Assembly: GCA_965243395.1 (NCBI GenBank)
Contig: CBDEUS010000001.1
Coordinates: 992,001-1,056,000, forward strand
Source: Gammaproteobacteria bacterium
GTDB taxonomy: Bacteria; Pseudomonadota; Gammaproteobacteria; UBA4575
Direction: 5' to 3'
DNA length: 64,000 nucleotides
This document shows positions 31,738 through 43,756 of the stretch, piece by piece. Position 1 is the first letter of the stretch. Every line of letters begins with the position of its first letter. The notes below the pieces were generated by a model, which saw only the letters and a list, made by a program, of their open reading frames with translations, had not been told where the DNA came from and made no database searches. The translations under genes and the position numbers were made by a program.

Positions 31738-34071
31738 TTAAACGGGTACTGGAGGTGGCGCTATCACTTCGCGCGTTCCGTTTGACTGAACGCCACTCAC
31801 CACACCGCTTGCTTCCATTTCTTCAATCATTCGAGCGGCACGGTTATAGCCCACTTTTAGGCGTCTTTGCACATAGGAAATAGAAGCTTTTCTTGTCTCT
31901 GTGACGATCGCTACTGCTTCATCATAGAGTGGGTCCATATCGTCTTGATCTCTAATATCCAACGGTTCTAAACCTGGAATAGCATCTCCGCCATTAATCG
32001 GATCTTGGGTAACTTCATCTAGATATGCTGGTTCACCCTTATCTTTCAAGAATGCTACAACTTTGTGTACTTCTTCGTCCGATACAAATGCACCATGCAC
32101 ACGTTCCGGAATGGACGTACCACCCGGTAAAAATAACATGTCACCATGTCCAAGCAATTGCTCTGCACCCATTTGATCCAAAATTGTTCGTGAATCCACT
32201 TTGGAAGATACCTGAAATGCAATTCGAGAAGGTATGTTGGCTTTTATCAAACCCGTGATGACATCAACTGAGGGACGTTGCGTAGCTAGAATCAAATGTA
32301 TCCCGGCAGCACGCGCTTTTTGAGCGATACGCGCAATGAGTTCTTCAACTTTTTTACCTACCACCATCATCATGTCGGCAAGCTCATCGATTATGATGAC
32401 GATGTTGGGTAACGGTGTGAGCTCCTCAGCTTGCTGAGGTTCTAATCCTTCAATTTGATCACTCTTAAATAGTGGATCTAGAATGGGCTCTTCTGAATCT
32501 ATGGCTTTTTGCACTTTACTGTTGTATCCCGCCATACTACGTACGCCTAATGCTGACATGAGGTGATAACGTCGCTCCATTTCTGCAACACACCAACGCA
32601 ATGCATTTGAAGCTTCTTTCATGTCCGTTACCACGGGTGAAAGTAAATGAGGGATACCTTCATAGACCGCCAGCTCCAACATCTTAGGGTCGATCAATAT
32701 TAGTCGAACTTGTTGTGGAGTGGCTTTGTATAAAATGCTTAACAACATGGCATTGAGCGCAACCGACTTACCAGAACCTGTTGTTCCCGCTACCAGCAAA
32801 TGAGGCATCTTGGCTAGATCAGCAACTACAGGACGACCACTAATGTCTTTACCTAAACCCAATGTTAGTGGCGATAATTCTTCGTCATAAGTTTCGGATT
32901 CAATGATGTCATTGAGTACAACTAATTCACGATGTTCATTGGGAATTTCAAGACCTATGTATGATTTGCCCGGAATTACTTCAACAATTCGAACACTCGA
33001 CACAGAAAGTGCCCGAGCTAAGTCTTTAGCTAAATTTGTGACTTTGCTGACTTTAATTCCCGGAGCAAGCTGAATCGCAAACCTCGTAATAACTGGACCT
33101 GGGTGTACTTCTACAACTTCAGCTTCAATATTAAAATCAAGTAATTTAAGTTCAACCTGTCGCGAGATTGCTTCTAAAGCATCGTCAGAATAACCTTTAG
33201 ATGTGTCGATTACTTTATCGAGTATAGATATGGGTGGTAAATCTGTCGCTGCTGCAGCATTAAATAAAGGAATTTGTCGCTCTCTTTCTATTCTATCGCT
33301 CGGCTCTATTTCTTTTATTACAGGTTCAATTCTTGGTTTAGCATGTTTTTGAATTTTTACTTTTGTTTCTTTAACAATTTCAGCTCGTTCTACTTTTGCT
33401 TTTCTACTTGCATAATCTTCAAGAAATTCATTTATGTGACCCCAAGCCCACGAACTAAATTTGATTGTGTGCTTGCCGGTAAAATCAAGCAGCCATAGCC
33501 ATGAAAACCCGGAAAATATAGTGATGCCTGCAAAAAATAACGCTAACAATAAAAGCGTTGCGCCTACAAAACTAAATACTAAAACAAAGCCGTTTCCTGT
33601 AAGGTCACCAAATACTCCGCCAGCAAAGCTCGGCATGTACCCGGCTTGGAAATGTAAAGTCGCTAACCCGCAACCTGCGCCTAAAGTTAATAAAAATCCT
33701 GCCCATCGAACTCCCAATGTTCGATAATCAATTTGGCCATTTTCCAACTTTCCTTCATAGATCAGCCAACCACTATAGGCCACCATCAGAGGTGCAAGAT
33801 ACGCAAGGAAACCAAATAAAAAGAAGGACAAATCAGCAAAATACGCACCCACAGTACCCCCCATATTGCTGATCAAATGATTAGTACCTGTATGCGTCCA
33901 ACCTGGATCTGCTGGATCATAACTTAAAAGCGCCACCATAAAATAAGCACCCAATGCGACTAAAACAACTAATGCACTCTCCCGCAGTCCTTTTAACAAT
34001 GACAAATTGTGCGGCACTGAAGAGCTATTTCTGGATCTTGCAGCGGATTTCTTAAGTGTGGCTTGCCTCAA
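31738..34071 (-). CDS. ftsK: DNA translocase FtsK
   Basis: 4-TM N-domain, GTTGSGKS, IDELADMM, ATQRPS, gamma domain QRRLKVGYNRAAR. Confidence 0.98.
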   Translation of the reverse strand: MRQATLKKSAARSRNSSSVPHNLSLLKGLRESALVVLVALGAYFMVALLSYDPADPGWTHTGTNHLISNMGGTVGAYFADLSFFLFGFLAYLAPLMVAYSGWLIYEGKLENGQIDYRTLGVRWAGFLLTLGAGCGLATLHFQAGYMPSFAGGVFGDLTGNGFVLVFSFVGATLLLLALFFAGITIFSGFSWLWLLDFTGKHTIKFSSWAWGHINEFLEDYASRKAKVERAEIVKETKVKIQKHAKPRIEPVIKEIEPSDRIERERQIPLFNAAAATDLPPISILDKVIDTSKGYSDDALEAISRQVELKLLDFNIEAEVVEVHPGPVITRFAIQLAPGIKVSKVTNLAKDLARALSVSSVRIVEVIPGKSYIGLEIPNEHRELVVLNDIIESETYDEELSPLTLGLGKDISGRPVVADLAKMPHLLVAGTTGSGKSVALNAMLLSILYKATPQQVRLILIDPKMLELAVYEGIPHLLSPVVTDMKEASNALRWCVAEMERRYHLMSALGVRSMAGYNSKVQKAIDSEEPILDPLFKSDQIEGLEPQQAEELTPLPNIVIIIDELADMMMVVGKKVEELIARIAQKARAAGIHLILATQRPSVDVITGLIKANIPSRIAFQVSSKVDSRTILDQMGAEQLLGHGDMLFLPGGTSIPERVHGAFVSDEEVHKVVAFLKDKGEPAYLDEVTQDPINGGDAIPGLEPLDIRDQDDMDPLYDEAVAIVTETRKASISYVQRRLKVGYNRAARMIEEMEASGVVSGVQSNGTREVIAPPPVPV

Positions 34072-34341
34072 TGTACTAACCCATAAATTCTTATTTTGAA
34101 TATAATAATATAGTTTAAAATAATATTATAACTAATTGTATTTTATAAATTTTATCTGCTTTAGCCAAACGTAAAATTGGTTTAGCATATTTTTTGTCTG
34201 GGGCCAGACTTTGGTAGGTCTTGTTATTGTAGTGCTAATTTATATGTTTAAAACCAGACGGTTAACATTGCACTTTAATGTATCTTATCAGTATAACATC
34301 AATTCTCTAGGCAACCTATTTTTAGTATATTCTCCTCCTGG

Positions 34342-34368
34342 TTGAAATTTCCCGTTTCACACCCATTA
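34342..34368 (+). promoter_or_regulatory. Candidate sigma32 promoter upstream of trxB
   Basis: TTGAAA-13 nt-aCCCATTA versus the consensus TTGAAA-N13/14-CCCCATWT. Confidence 0.5.
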
Positions 34369-34415
34369 TTTAATATCGTTAATATCGCTAAGCTAATTAT
34401 TATCGGCTGCAATAA

Positions 34416-35459
<1,044 letters not shown>

Positions 35460-35479
35460 TAGTTGACAATTATTCGCGA

Positions 35480-36673
35480 TTGGCAACAAAAGAGAGTCAT
35501 TCAGTTTTATCTACAAAAGACTTTACCTTTGAATTTGTAAGTTCGCTTAAGGATATTAAATGTGAAGAATGGAATTCATTGATTGATGATGAAGATCCAT
35601 TCCTATGTTATGAATTTTTATCCGCTCTAGAAAAAAACGATTGTTTGGGTGAAAAATATGGCTGGTATCCTCATCATTTAATCGTAAGGAATAAAAATAA
35701 CAATTTAGTAGCCGCAACCCCGCTTTATATAAAAACAAATTCTTATGGTGAATTTGTTTTTGATTGGGCTTGGGCCTCTGCTTATGAACAGACCGGATTA
35801 AATTATTATCCAAAAATTATTTCATCTATCCCTTATACTCCAGTTACAGGGAAACGCTTACTGCTATCTTCAAGATTAACTGCACAACTGCAATCCGACC
35901 TTGCAGCATCCATGATCCAAGTCACCTTAAGAGAATCTGACAATCTCAAAATGTCAGGCTGTCATTGGTTATTTAATCAATCAGGTGAATGCGCCTATTT
36001 TGATAAACAAGGCTTAATGTTTCGTATGGGTTATCAATTCCATTGGCAAAATCATGAATACACTTCTTTTGATCACTTCTTAGAAAGCTTGATATCTAGA
36101 AAGCGTAAAAAAATAAAGCAAGAACGCAGATATGTAAATGAACAAAATATTAATATTCATCGTATACATGGTAATGAGCTAAGTGAACAAGAATGGGAAA
36201 ATATTCACGCCTTTTATGAAAGTACATTTTATCGAAAAAGTGGAATACCAACATTGAGCTTAGATTTTTTTCAAGAAATTGGAGATACCATTGGTGATAA
36301 AATAATGCTGGTTTTAGCCTACAGCGAAAACGAGCTTGTTGCTTGTGCAATAAATCTATGCAGTTCAAAAAAATTATATGGGCGCTTTTGGGGGTGTAAT
36401 AAATCTTATAACAGCCTGCATTTTGAGGCTTGTTACTATCAAGGCATCGAATACGCCATTGAAAATAAACTGCAAACATTCGAGCCCGGAGCTCAAGGCG
36501 AACATAAAATCAGCCGCGGATTCTTACCAACCAAAACATGGTCAGCACATGCAATACATGATCCGCGATTTGAAATATCTATTCGTGATTTTTGCAAACG
36601 CGAACAAAATTTCATGCAAAATGATTATGATGATCTAATGAACCTATCACCTTATCGTTCAAATTCTGCCTAA
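35480..36673 (+). CDS. FemAB-like/DUF482 GNAT protein
   Basis: SYGEFVFDWAWA, YYPK..PYTPVTG, LYGRFWG, LHFEACYYQ, GAQGEHK..RGF. Confidence 0.9.
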   Translation: MATKESHSVLSTKDFTFEFVSSLKDIKCEEWNSLIDDEDPFLCYEFLSALEKNDCLGEKYGWYPHHLIVRNKNNNLVAATPLYIKTNSYGEFVFDWAWASAYEQTGLNYYPKIISSIPYTPVTGKRLLLSSRLTAQLQSDLAASMIQVTLRESDNLKMSGCHWLFNQSGECAYFDKQGLMFRMGYQFHWQNHEYTSFDHFLESLISRKRKKIKQERRYVNEQNINIHRIHGNELSEQEWENIHAFYESTFYRKSGIPTLSLDFFQEIGDTIGDKIMLVLAYSENELVACAINLCSSKKLYGRFWGCNKSYNSLHFEACYYQGIEYAIENKLQTFEPGAQGEHKISRGFLPTKTWSAHAIHDPRFEISIRDFCKREQNFMQNDYDDLMNLSPYRSNSA

Positions 36674-36691
36674 ACTATGTAATTTGAAAAC

Positions 36692-37423
36692 ATGGATATA
36701 ACCTGGATAGATCCTAGCAACCCAGATGCTTCTTTTCCCAATGTCGAAGAAGCTTTGACAAATCCAGAAGGATTGCTGGCTGCAGGCGGTGATCTTTGTC
36801 AAACAAGGCTATTAAATGCTTATCGCAATGGCATCTTCCCTTGGTATGAAGAAGGTCAACCCATTTTGTGGTGGTCACCTAATCCTCGCGGTGTACTCTT
36901 TACAAATAAATTTAAAATATCTACCAGCTTAAGAAAAACATTACGCAAACATGATTGGACCATCACTTTCGATGGTGATTTTAAAAAAACAGTGATGGCA
37001 TGCGCTGCTCCCAGAAGTTATGCGCGAGGAACATGGATTACCAATGAAATGACAGACGCATATTGCCATTTACACGAGATAGGACATGCGCATTCGATAG
37101 AATTATGGGATCAACAAGAACGATTAATAGGCGGTATCTATGGTGTACTGATTGGCACAATGTTTTATGGTGAATCAATGTTTAGTTTTCAAACCAATGC
37201 ATCAAAAGTTGCATTAGCATATTTAGTCATGCATATGCACCATTGGGGATTTCCATTATTAGATTGCCAACTGCCTTCGCCACATTTGGCAAGTCTTGGT
37301 GCAGAATCAATTTGCAGGTCTGAGTATATTAAAACAATGATGCCATTATGCAATCAGTCAGTAGATTCTTTTAGTTGGAAACTAGATGAAACATTAGACA
37401 TATCTAGTTGGCAACAAAAATAG
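36692..37423 (+). CDS. aat: Leucyl/phenylalanyl-tRNA--protein transferase
   Basis: GLLAAGGDL, GIFPWY, WWSPNPR, GESMFS, ASKVAL. Confidence 0.96.
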   Translation: MDITWIDPSNPDASFPNVEEALTNPEGLLAAGGDLCQTRLLNAYRNGIFPWYEEGQPILWWSPNPRGVLFTNKFKISTSLRKTLRKHDWTITFDGDFKKTVMACAAPRSYARGTWITNEMTDAYCHLHEIGHAHSIELWDQQERLIGGIYGVLIGTMFYGESMFSFQTNASKVALAYLVMHMHHWGFPLLDCQLPSPHLASLGAESICRSEYIKTMMPLCNQSVDSFSWKLDETLDISSWQQK

Positions 37424-37430
37424 ATAATTG

Positions 37431-38186
37431 CTACCAGGGATCTATAGCAATGCCGTCTACTGGCAATCCACTCATTTTGTCTATCACTAGTGCTAAATCA
37501 TTATTTCTTCCTACTAAGGGTAAATATAAATAGTTATCTTTACTGCCTTTATGTTTTTGTAAAAATTTAACAATTTTCTTTTGTTCAGAGCTTTCATTTT
37601 TCACTAGCTCAGATAATGGTTTTGCTATTTGTATAACTTTTTCTTTATTTGAAAGATAAGGATGATAGTACTCAGGTCGCCGTTCAAGATCCGGTTTGCC
37701 CTCCATTACTGTTTCAATTACAAATTTATTTCGCTCTTCTCTATCCTCAGGAAAATCTGCATACACTAAAATAGGGCCTTTGGCTGGTTTAATTTTCAAT
37801 TCAGGGTATTTTATCTTATTTATGTCAATCTCAGCTTTGCCTATCACTTCAAATCGATCTACGGCAAAAGCTAAAAAGTATGGTCGCTCTCCATAAATAA
37901 CGTATACACCATAAACTAAGGCGGCAATTTGTATTGCTGCGACAATAGAAATATCCATCACTAAGCCTTTTTTTCCTCTTTTAAATAATACAAGTGTAAG
38001 TAAAGGTCCAAGGATAAGATCTACCATTACTAAAATTCGCAGAACCGTCCAGGCTCCATTAGCTTCAAAGTATGGGCTTGGATACCAATAGAAAAAAATT
38101 AACGCAATGACAATACCAACAATCAATGCACTTATAGTTAGATGAATTAAAAATGCTTTGATTTTATCTGCGGAGAAAAACATCAA
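37431..38186 (-). CDS. TfpX/TfpZ (FimB)-like type IV pilin accessory protein
   Basis: AFLIHL..S, WYP.PY, VDLILGPLLT, DISIV..IQ, RP...AFAVDRF. Confidence 0.82.
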   Translation of the reverse strand: MMFFSADKIKAFLIHLTISALIVGIVIALIFFYWYPSPYFEANGAWTVLRILVMVDLILGPLLTLVLFKRGKKGLVMDISIVAAIQIAALVYGVYVIYGERPYFLAFAVDRFEVIGKAEIDINKIKYPELKIKPAKGPILVYADFPEDREERNKFVIETVMEGKPDLERRPEYYHPYLSNKEKVIQIAKPLSELVKNESSEQKKIVKFLQKHKGSKDNYLYLPLVGRNNDLALVIDKMSGLPVDGIAIDPW

Positions 38187-38289
38187 TAACGAGAGAAATC
38201 TAAAAACAGAAAATATTTTATCTATAAACTAGTTTTTGACAATCACAGATATTCCTGCAGATTTACCATTTATCGACTTTTTTCAAGTT

Positions 38290-39426
38290 CTAGATACTAT
38301 CTAAGATAGCTCGCTTTACGGATTCAAGTTCAGCGTCAATAGTAATCATTTCAGCAGTGCTTTGCTTAATTGCAATATCAGGATCTTTTAAACCATGTCC
38401 GGTAAGCGTACAAACCACTGTACTACCTTCAGGAATATTGCCCATTTTAATATCATGCAATGCCCCAGTTACCGAAGTTGCTGATGCGGGTTCACAAAAT
38501 ACACCCTCCATAGAAGCAAGTAGTTTTTGTGTCGCTAAAATTTCGTCATCTGTAAAACAATTAAACCATCCGCCAGATTCTTTGACAGCGGCATGAGCAA
38601 ATTCCCAACTTTGTGGATGGCCGATGCGAATCGCAGTAGCTACCGTATCCGGCTTGTCTACCATACTACCTTGTATAAAGGGTGCTGCTCCGGCTGCTTG
38701 ATAACCCAACATTTTAGGTCTTGATGCAACTTGCGGTTCACTCACAAATTTACAATCACCATTACAAAAACCACATGCACCAGTAACATTCTTGCCTGAA
38801 CTAGCTGCTAACTCTGAATAGCCGGTCCAGTGTGCAGAAATATTTCCGGCATTTCCTACTGGTATACAATGAAAATCGGGCGCACGACCTAATGCTTCTA
38901 CAATCTCATACGAAGCTGTCTTCTGTCCTTGTAAACGATAGGGATTGATTGAGTTAACAATATTTACAGGCGCTTCGTTTGCAACTTCTTTGACTAATCG
39001 CATACCATCATCAAAGTTGCCACGTATTTGCAAAATGATCGCGCCATGCATCATTGCTTGAGCAAGTTTGCCCATGGCAATTTTTCCATCGGGTATCAAC
39101 ACAAATGCTTTTATACCTGCACGTGCAGCATAAGCTGCTGCTGATGCAGAGGTATTACCTGTTGATGCACAAATTATAGCTTGGCTACCTTCCGAAACCG
39201 CATGTGTTACTGCAACAGTCATACCGCGATCTTTAAATGATCCTGTTGGGTTTAAGCCTTCAAATTTAAAATACAGTTTAATATTTTTATCGTTTACCAG
39301 CTTTATATTGTGGCATTGAATTAAAGGCGTATCTCCTTCACATAAACTTATTACTTTGCAATCACGCGCAAGAGGTAAAACTGAACGATAACGGTCTATC
39401 AAACCTGTGTAATGTTGTGCTTTCAT
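38290..39426 (-). CDS. thrC: Threonine synthase (short type) with Cys-rich insertion
   Basis: EGLNPTGSFKDRGM, CASTGNTS, PVGNAGN, TGHGLKDP. Confidence 0.96.
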   Translation of the reverse strand: MKAQHYTGLIDRYRSVLPLARDCKVISLCEGDTPLIQCHNIKLVNDKNIKLYFKFEGLNPTGSFKDRGMTVAVTHAVSEGSQAIICASTGNTSASAAAYAARAGIKAFVLIPDGKIAMGKLAQAMMHGAIILQIRGNFDDGMRLVKEVANEAPVNIVNSINPYRLQGQKTASYEIVEALGRAPDFHCIPVGNAGNISAHWTGYSELAASSGKNVTGACGFCNGDCKFVSEPQVASRPKMLGYQAAGAAPFIQGSMVDKPDTVATAIRIGHPQSWEFAHAAVKESGGWFNCFTDDEILATQKLLASMEGVFCEPASATSVTGALHDIKMGNIPEGSTVVCTLTGHGLKDPDIAIKQSTAEMITIDAELESVKRAILDSI

Positions 39427-39452
39427 TAGTAAATTATATTAATTGAAAATGA

Positions 39453-40772
39453 TTACGAAAGTGTCTCTAACCTAATTCGCATTACTTTATTCGTCACAGC
39501 TTCAAGCTTTTCAATCTCGTCAATAGCTTGGTTCATGTTTTGCTCACTTACTTCGTGAGTGAGAATGACAATAGGCACGATTGAAATATTTGCTTGTGGT
39601 TCTTTCTGAATTATTGCTTCTATACTAATTGAATGATCAGCAAAGATTTGTGTGACATCTGCCAATACACCAGCTTTATCTTGAACATGAATCCGCAAAT
39701 AGTAGGCAGTAGCAACATCATCCATTGTCAATACTGGAATATCAGACAATGCCCCTGGCTGAAACGCTAAGTGTGGTACACGATTTTCCGGATCTGAAGT
39801 CAGTGCGCGCACAACATCTACTAAATCTGCCACAACAGCGGAACCTGTTGGCTCGGCCCCAGCACCCGCACCGTAATAAAGACTTGGACCTAACGCATCA
39901 GCTTTTACAACTACTGCGTTCATCACGCCATCAACATTAGCTACTAATCTACGATGAGGGATAAGTGTAGGATGTACGCGTAACTCAAGTCCTTTTGTAC
40001 TCCGCTTGGCAATTCCTAAATGTTTAATTCGGTAACCTAATTCTGCAGCATATGCTACATCATCACGCGTGATTTCAGTTATTCCTTCGGTATACACTTT
40101 TTCAAACTGTAACGGCACACCAAATGCAATCGACGCTAAAATTGTTAATTTATGTGCGGCGTCTATGCCTTCAACATCAAATGTCGGATCAGCCTCTGCA
40201 TACCCTAGCTGTTGAGCTTCTTTTAAGACATCATCAAAATCGCGACCTTTGTCTCGCATTTCAGTAAGGATAAAATTTCCCGTTCCATTAATTATGCCCG
40301 CTAACCATTGAATAGCATTTCCAGATAAGCCTTCGCGTATAGCTTTAATAATGGGAATACCCCCAGCCACAGCTGCCTCAAATGCAACGGTTACGCCCTT
40401 ATCTTGTGCGCGTTGAAAAATTTCATTTCCATGAAGGGCAATTAGCGCTTTATTTGCTGTTACAACATGCTTGCCATGTTCTATTGCTTTAAGCACTAAA
40501 CTTCTAGCTTCATCTGTTCCTCCAATTAACTCAAGAATTATTTCTACATCAGGGTCAGTGACAACTTTGTTTGAATCTTCAGTTAAAGCTATTGATGATG
40601 TATCGCAAGCACGCTGTTTTTTTATATCACGCATACTAGCAATTGAAATTTCAATACCTCGACCTGCTCTTCGCGCAATCTCATCTGCATTACGAGACAA
40701 TATGTTTGCGGTACCACAACCAACGGTACCTAAACCTAAGACTCCTACTTTTACTGGTTTCAGCAAAGACAT
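39453..40772 (-). CDS. hom: Homoserine dehydrogenase with ACT domain
   Basis: GLGTVG, TANKAL, NGTGNFIL, GYAEADP, GAGAGAEPT. Confidence 0.97.
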   Translation of the reverse strand: MSLLKPVKVGVLGLGTVGCGTANILSRNADEIARRAGRGIEISIASMRDIKKQRACDTSSIALTEDSNKVVTDPDVEIILELIGGTDEARSLVLKAIEHGKHVVTANKALIALHGNEIFQRAQDKGVTVAFEAAVAGGIPIIKAIREGLSGNAIQWLAGIINGTGNFILTEMRDKGRDFDDVLKEAQQLGYAEADPTFDVEGIDAAHKLTILASIAFGVPLQFEKVYTEGITEITRDDVAYAAELGYRIKHLGIAKRSTKGLELRVHPTLIPHRRLVANVDGVMNAVVVKADALGPSLYYGAGAGAEPTGSAVVADLVDVVRALTSDPENRVPHLAFQPGALSDIPVLTMDDVATAYYLRIHVQDKAGVLADVTQIFADHSISIEAIIQKEPQANISIVPIVILTHEVSEQNMNQAIDEIEKLEAVTNKVMRIRLETLS

Positions 40773-40785
40773 ATATATTTACCCA

Positions 40786-41961
40786 CTAAGATTCTCTAAA
40801 CATTTTTTTTATACTACGAACAGCTTGTCTAGTTCGATGTACATTTTCAATTAAGCTAAAACGTACATGAGCATCGCCATATTTACCAAAACCTATACCT
40901 GGAGAAACTGCTACTTTTGCTTCTTCTAATAGTTTTTTAGAAAATTCTAATGATCCCAAATGAGCATACTCTTGAGGGATTTTAGCCCAAACGAACATTG
41001 TGGCTTTAGGCTTTTCAACATTCCATCCTGCATTGCATAAACCTTCACAAAGCACATCACGTCTTCTTTTATATGTTTCACGGACCTCATCAATCACTTC
41101 CTGTGGGCTGTTTAAAGCCTCAATTGCTGCTACCTGGATAGGAGTAAACATGCCGTAATCCAAATAAGATTTAATGCGCGATAGTGCCTCGACTAAAGTA
41201 GGATTACCACACATAAAACCCACCCGCCAACCTGGCATGTTGTAAGTTTTTGATAAAGAGTAAAACTCAACGGCAATTTCTTTGGCACCTGCTACTTGCA
41301 AAATTGATGGAGCTTCATAACCGTCAAAGGTAATTTCGCCATATGCGATATCATGAACGAGCCACATTTGATGTTGTTTAGCAATCATCACCAAGCGTTC
41401 TAAAAAATCAAGATCTACACATTGTGTAGTGGGATTACCAGGAAAATTCACAATTAGCATCTTCGGCTTAGGCCATGAATCTTCTATAGCTTTTTCTAAT
41501 TCGGAGAAAAAATCGGTGTCCTCTGTCAAAGGAACATAAATGATATCCGCACCAGCGATCACACAACCATAGGGATGTATTGGATAAGCAGGATTTGGCA
41601 CCAACACTGCATCACCCGGGCCTAAGGTCGCAAGGGTTAAATGCGCTAGGCCCTCTTTTGAGCCAATAGTTACGATAGCTTCTTTATCTGGGTCAATTAC
41701 GACATTAAATTTACGCTCATACCAATCCGCTACTGCTTTTCGCAATCGCGGAATTCCTCTAGACAATGAATAACGATGGGTATTATCACGTTGGGCGGCT
41801 TCTACTAATTTATCTGTAATATGCTTAGGAGCAGGCTTATCAGGGTTCCCCATACCAAAATCGACAATATCTTCACCACGTGCTCGAGCACTCGCTTTGA
41901 GTTCATTCACAATATTGAAAACGTACGGGGGGAGCCGTGAAATTCTGGGAAAATCTTCCAT
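40786..41961 (-). CDS. alaC: Alanine transaminase AlaC (class I aminotransferase)
   Basis: [31 protein letters not shown]; alaC-hom-thrC order. Confidence 0.92.
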   Translation of the reverse strand: MEDFPRISRLPPYVFNIVNELKASARARGEDIVDFGMGNPDKPAPKHITDKLVEAAQRDNTHRYSLSRGIPRLRKAVADWYERKFNVVIDPDKEAIVTIGSKEGLAHLTLATLGPGDAVLVPNPAYPIHPYGCVIAGADIIYVPLTEDTDFFSELEKAIEDSWPKPKMLIVNFPGNPTTQCVDLDFLERLVMIAKQHQMWLVHDIAYGEITFDGYEAPSILQVAGAKEIAVEFYSLSKTYNMPGWRVGFMCGNPTLVEALSRIKSYLDYGMFTPIQVAAIEALNSPQEVIDEVRETYKRRRDVLCEGLCNAGWNVEKPKATMFVWAKIPQEYAHLGSLEFSKKLLEEAKVAVSPGIGFGKYGDAHVRFSLIENVHRTRQAVRSIKKMFRES

Positions 41962-42060
41962 TTGATTCTTCTATCCTATAAGCGCTGAGTATAATACTCG
42001 ATTCGCCAACATGTGCCTAACCCTATCTACAACTGAAAACATGGCCTAACATCATCTAAG

Positions 42061-42438
42061 ATGGATATTACACAAGACTTTGCCGATGCAAAATTCATGA
42101 TCACAGGTTATGACCAAGAATGTGTAATGATCAATAACACTCCCCATCATCATAGTGTGCTGGTCAGTTCAGATATTCTTATTTCACCCTGGCAAGTTAA
42201 AAACATAAGTGACTTAAATGAATCCAACTTAAATGAGATTTTTCAACAACAACCAGAAATTGCAATCATAGGCACAGGCAAAAATTTAGTTCTTCCTGAG
42301 CCAAAAATTATCGCATTATTTTCACAATATGGAATTGGACTTGAGACAATGAATACCAGTGCTGCATGTAGAACTTACGGTATACTCATTGCTGAAGGTA
42401 GAAAAACTATGGCAGGAATAATTTTTCCAGATAACTAA
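42061..42438 (+). CDS. Mth938-like (DUF498) protein
   Basis: IIGTG, E.MNT.AACRTY.IL.AEGR. Confidence 0.92.
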   Translation: MDITQDFADAKFMITGYDQECVMINNTPHHHSVLVSSDILISPWQVKNISDLNESNLNEIFQQQPEIAIIGTGKNLVLPEPKIIALFSQYGIGLETMNTSAACRTYGILIAEGRKTMAGIIFPDN

Positions 42439-43154
42439 AGTTTTGGTAAATACTTTAACGGGTCAACAGGCTTACCTTTATAGCGAATCTCAAAATGAAG
42501 TTTGGGCTCTGTTGTTCCAGACCTACCCAGTTCTGCAATTTTTTCACCAAGCTTTACTTCGCCTCCTTCTTTAACAAATAATCTTTTATTATGCGCGTAA
42601 GCACTTAAAAACTGCTCGCTATGCTTAACAATAATTAAATTTCCATAACCTGCTAAACCATTTCCGCTATATACTACTTTTCCTGATGATGCAGCCAATA
42701 CTGGCTGCCCTATTTTGCCCGCTATATCAATACCTTTATTACCTCCTAAGCGTGAAGAGTATGTTCGAATTACTTTTCCTTTAGTTGGCCAATTCCATTT
42801 ATGATTAATTATCTTTTCAGGTTTTTTATTCGCTGGTTTTTTTGTAACCGTTTTACTAGATTTTTTTGCAGCTTTGGCTTTAGCAGCATATGTTTTTGAT
42901 GTGACATGTGGGCGCGTTAGTTTAAGACGCTGCCCTGCATAGATTGTGTAAGGTGGACGGATGCTATTCCATCTAGCTAGAATTTTATAATCAATACCAT
43001 GTCGAAATGCTATTGAATATAAAGTTTCACCTTTTAGCACCGTGTGATAGCCATGATCATAATCATAATAAACTTGGCTATTACGATTTGATACGCATGA
43101 AACTAACGATAATAAAAGCAAATAGAAAATTACTTTTCTTGTGAGACTTCGCAT
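42435..43154 (-). CDS. nlpD: LysM/M23 lipoprotein NlpD
   Basis: Lipobox LVSC, LysM (GETLYSIA), NKGIDI, LHFEIR; follows surE-pcm-yqaA. Confidence 0.92.
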   Translation of the reverse strand: MRSLTRKVIFYLLLLSLVSCVSNRNSQVYYDYDHGYHTVLKGETLYSIAFRHGIDYKILARWNSIRPPYTIYAGQRLKLTRPHVTSKTYAAKAKAAKKSSKTVTKKPANKKPEKIINHKWNWPTKGKVIRTYSSRLGGNKGIDIAGKIGQPVLAASSGKVVYSGNGLAGYGNLIIVKHSEQFLSAYAHNKRLFVKEGGEVKLGEKIAELGRSGTTEPKLHFEIRYKGKPVDPLKYLPKL

Positions 43155-43738
43155 TAATGTAAATACTTAAAATAAACAATCGCTACAATAAGTAATAAGA
43201 CCGTAATCCAACCAATCCATTCCACATATTTTAATACCAAAGGCTCGAGCTTTGGGCCAACATACTTAAGTAATCCAGCGACTAAGAAAAATCGTGAGCC
43301 GCGACCTATAAAAGAGGCAATAATAAACGGGATTATTGCTAAAGATAGTAATCCAGCTGTTACGGTAAATAATTTATAAGGTATAGGTGAAAAACCAGCA
43401 ACAAATACAACCCATATACCCCACTCATCAAACCAAACTTTTGCGGTTTCAAACTTTGATGAGTAGCTTGAAGATAAGATCCATGGCTCAATAAATTCAA
43501 ATGCAAAGGCACCAATAAAATATCCTAAAATTCCTCCTAGCACAGAAGTCACAGTAGTTAAAAATGCAAACCACCATGCTTTATTAGGTCGCGCTAATGA
43601 CATAGGCGCCAACATCACATCAGGCGGAATTGGAAAAAAAGAAGACTCAGCAAAACTCAATGCACCCAAATAATAAGATGCATGAGGATGCTTAGACCAT
43701 CCGATAACCTTATCGTAAAGCCAGCTAAATATTCTCAT
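43154..43738 (-). CDS. yqaA: YqaA/DedA family membrane protein
   Basis: SFAESSFFPIPPD, FSPIPYK, GRGSRFF. Confidence 0.9.
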   Translation of the reverse strand: MRIFSWLYDKVIGWSKHPHASYYLGALSFAESSFFPIPPDVMLAPMSLARPNKAWWFAFLTTVTSVLGGILGYFIGAFAFEFIEPWILSSSYSSKFETAKVWFDEWGIWVVFVAGFSPIPYKLFTVTAGLLSLAIIPFIIASFIGRGSRFFLVAGLLKYVGPKLEPLVLKYVEWIGWITVLLLIVAIVYFKYLH

Positions 43739-43756
43739 ATAGGAGTTTCATTTTAT

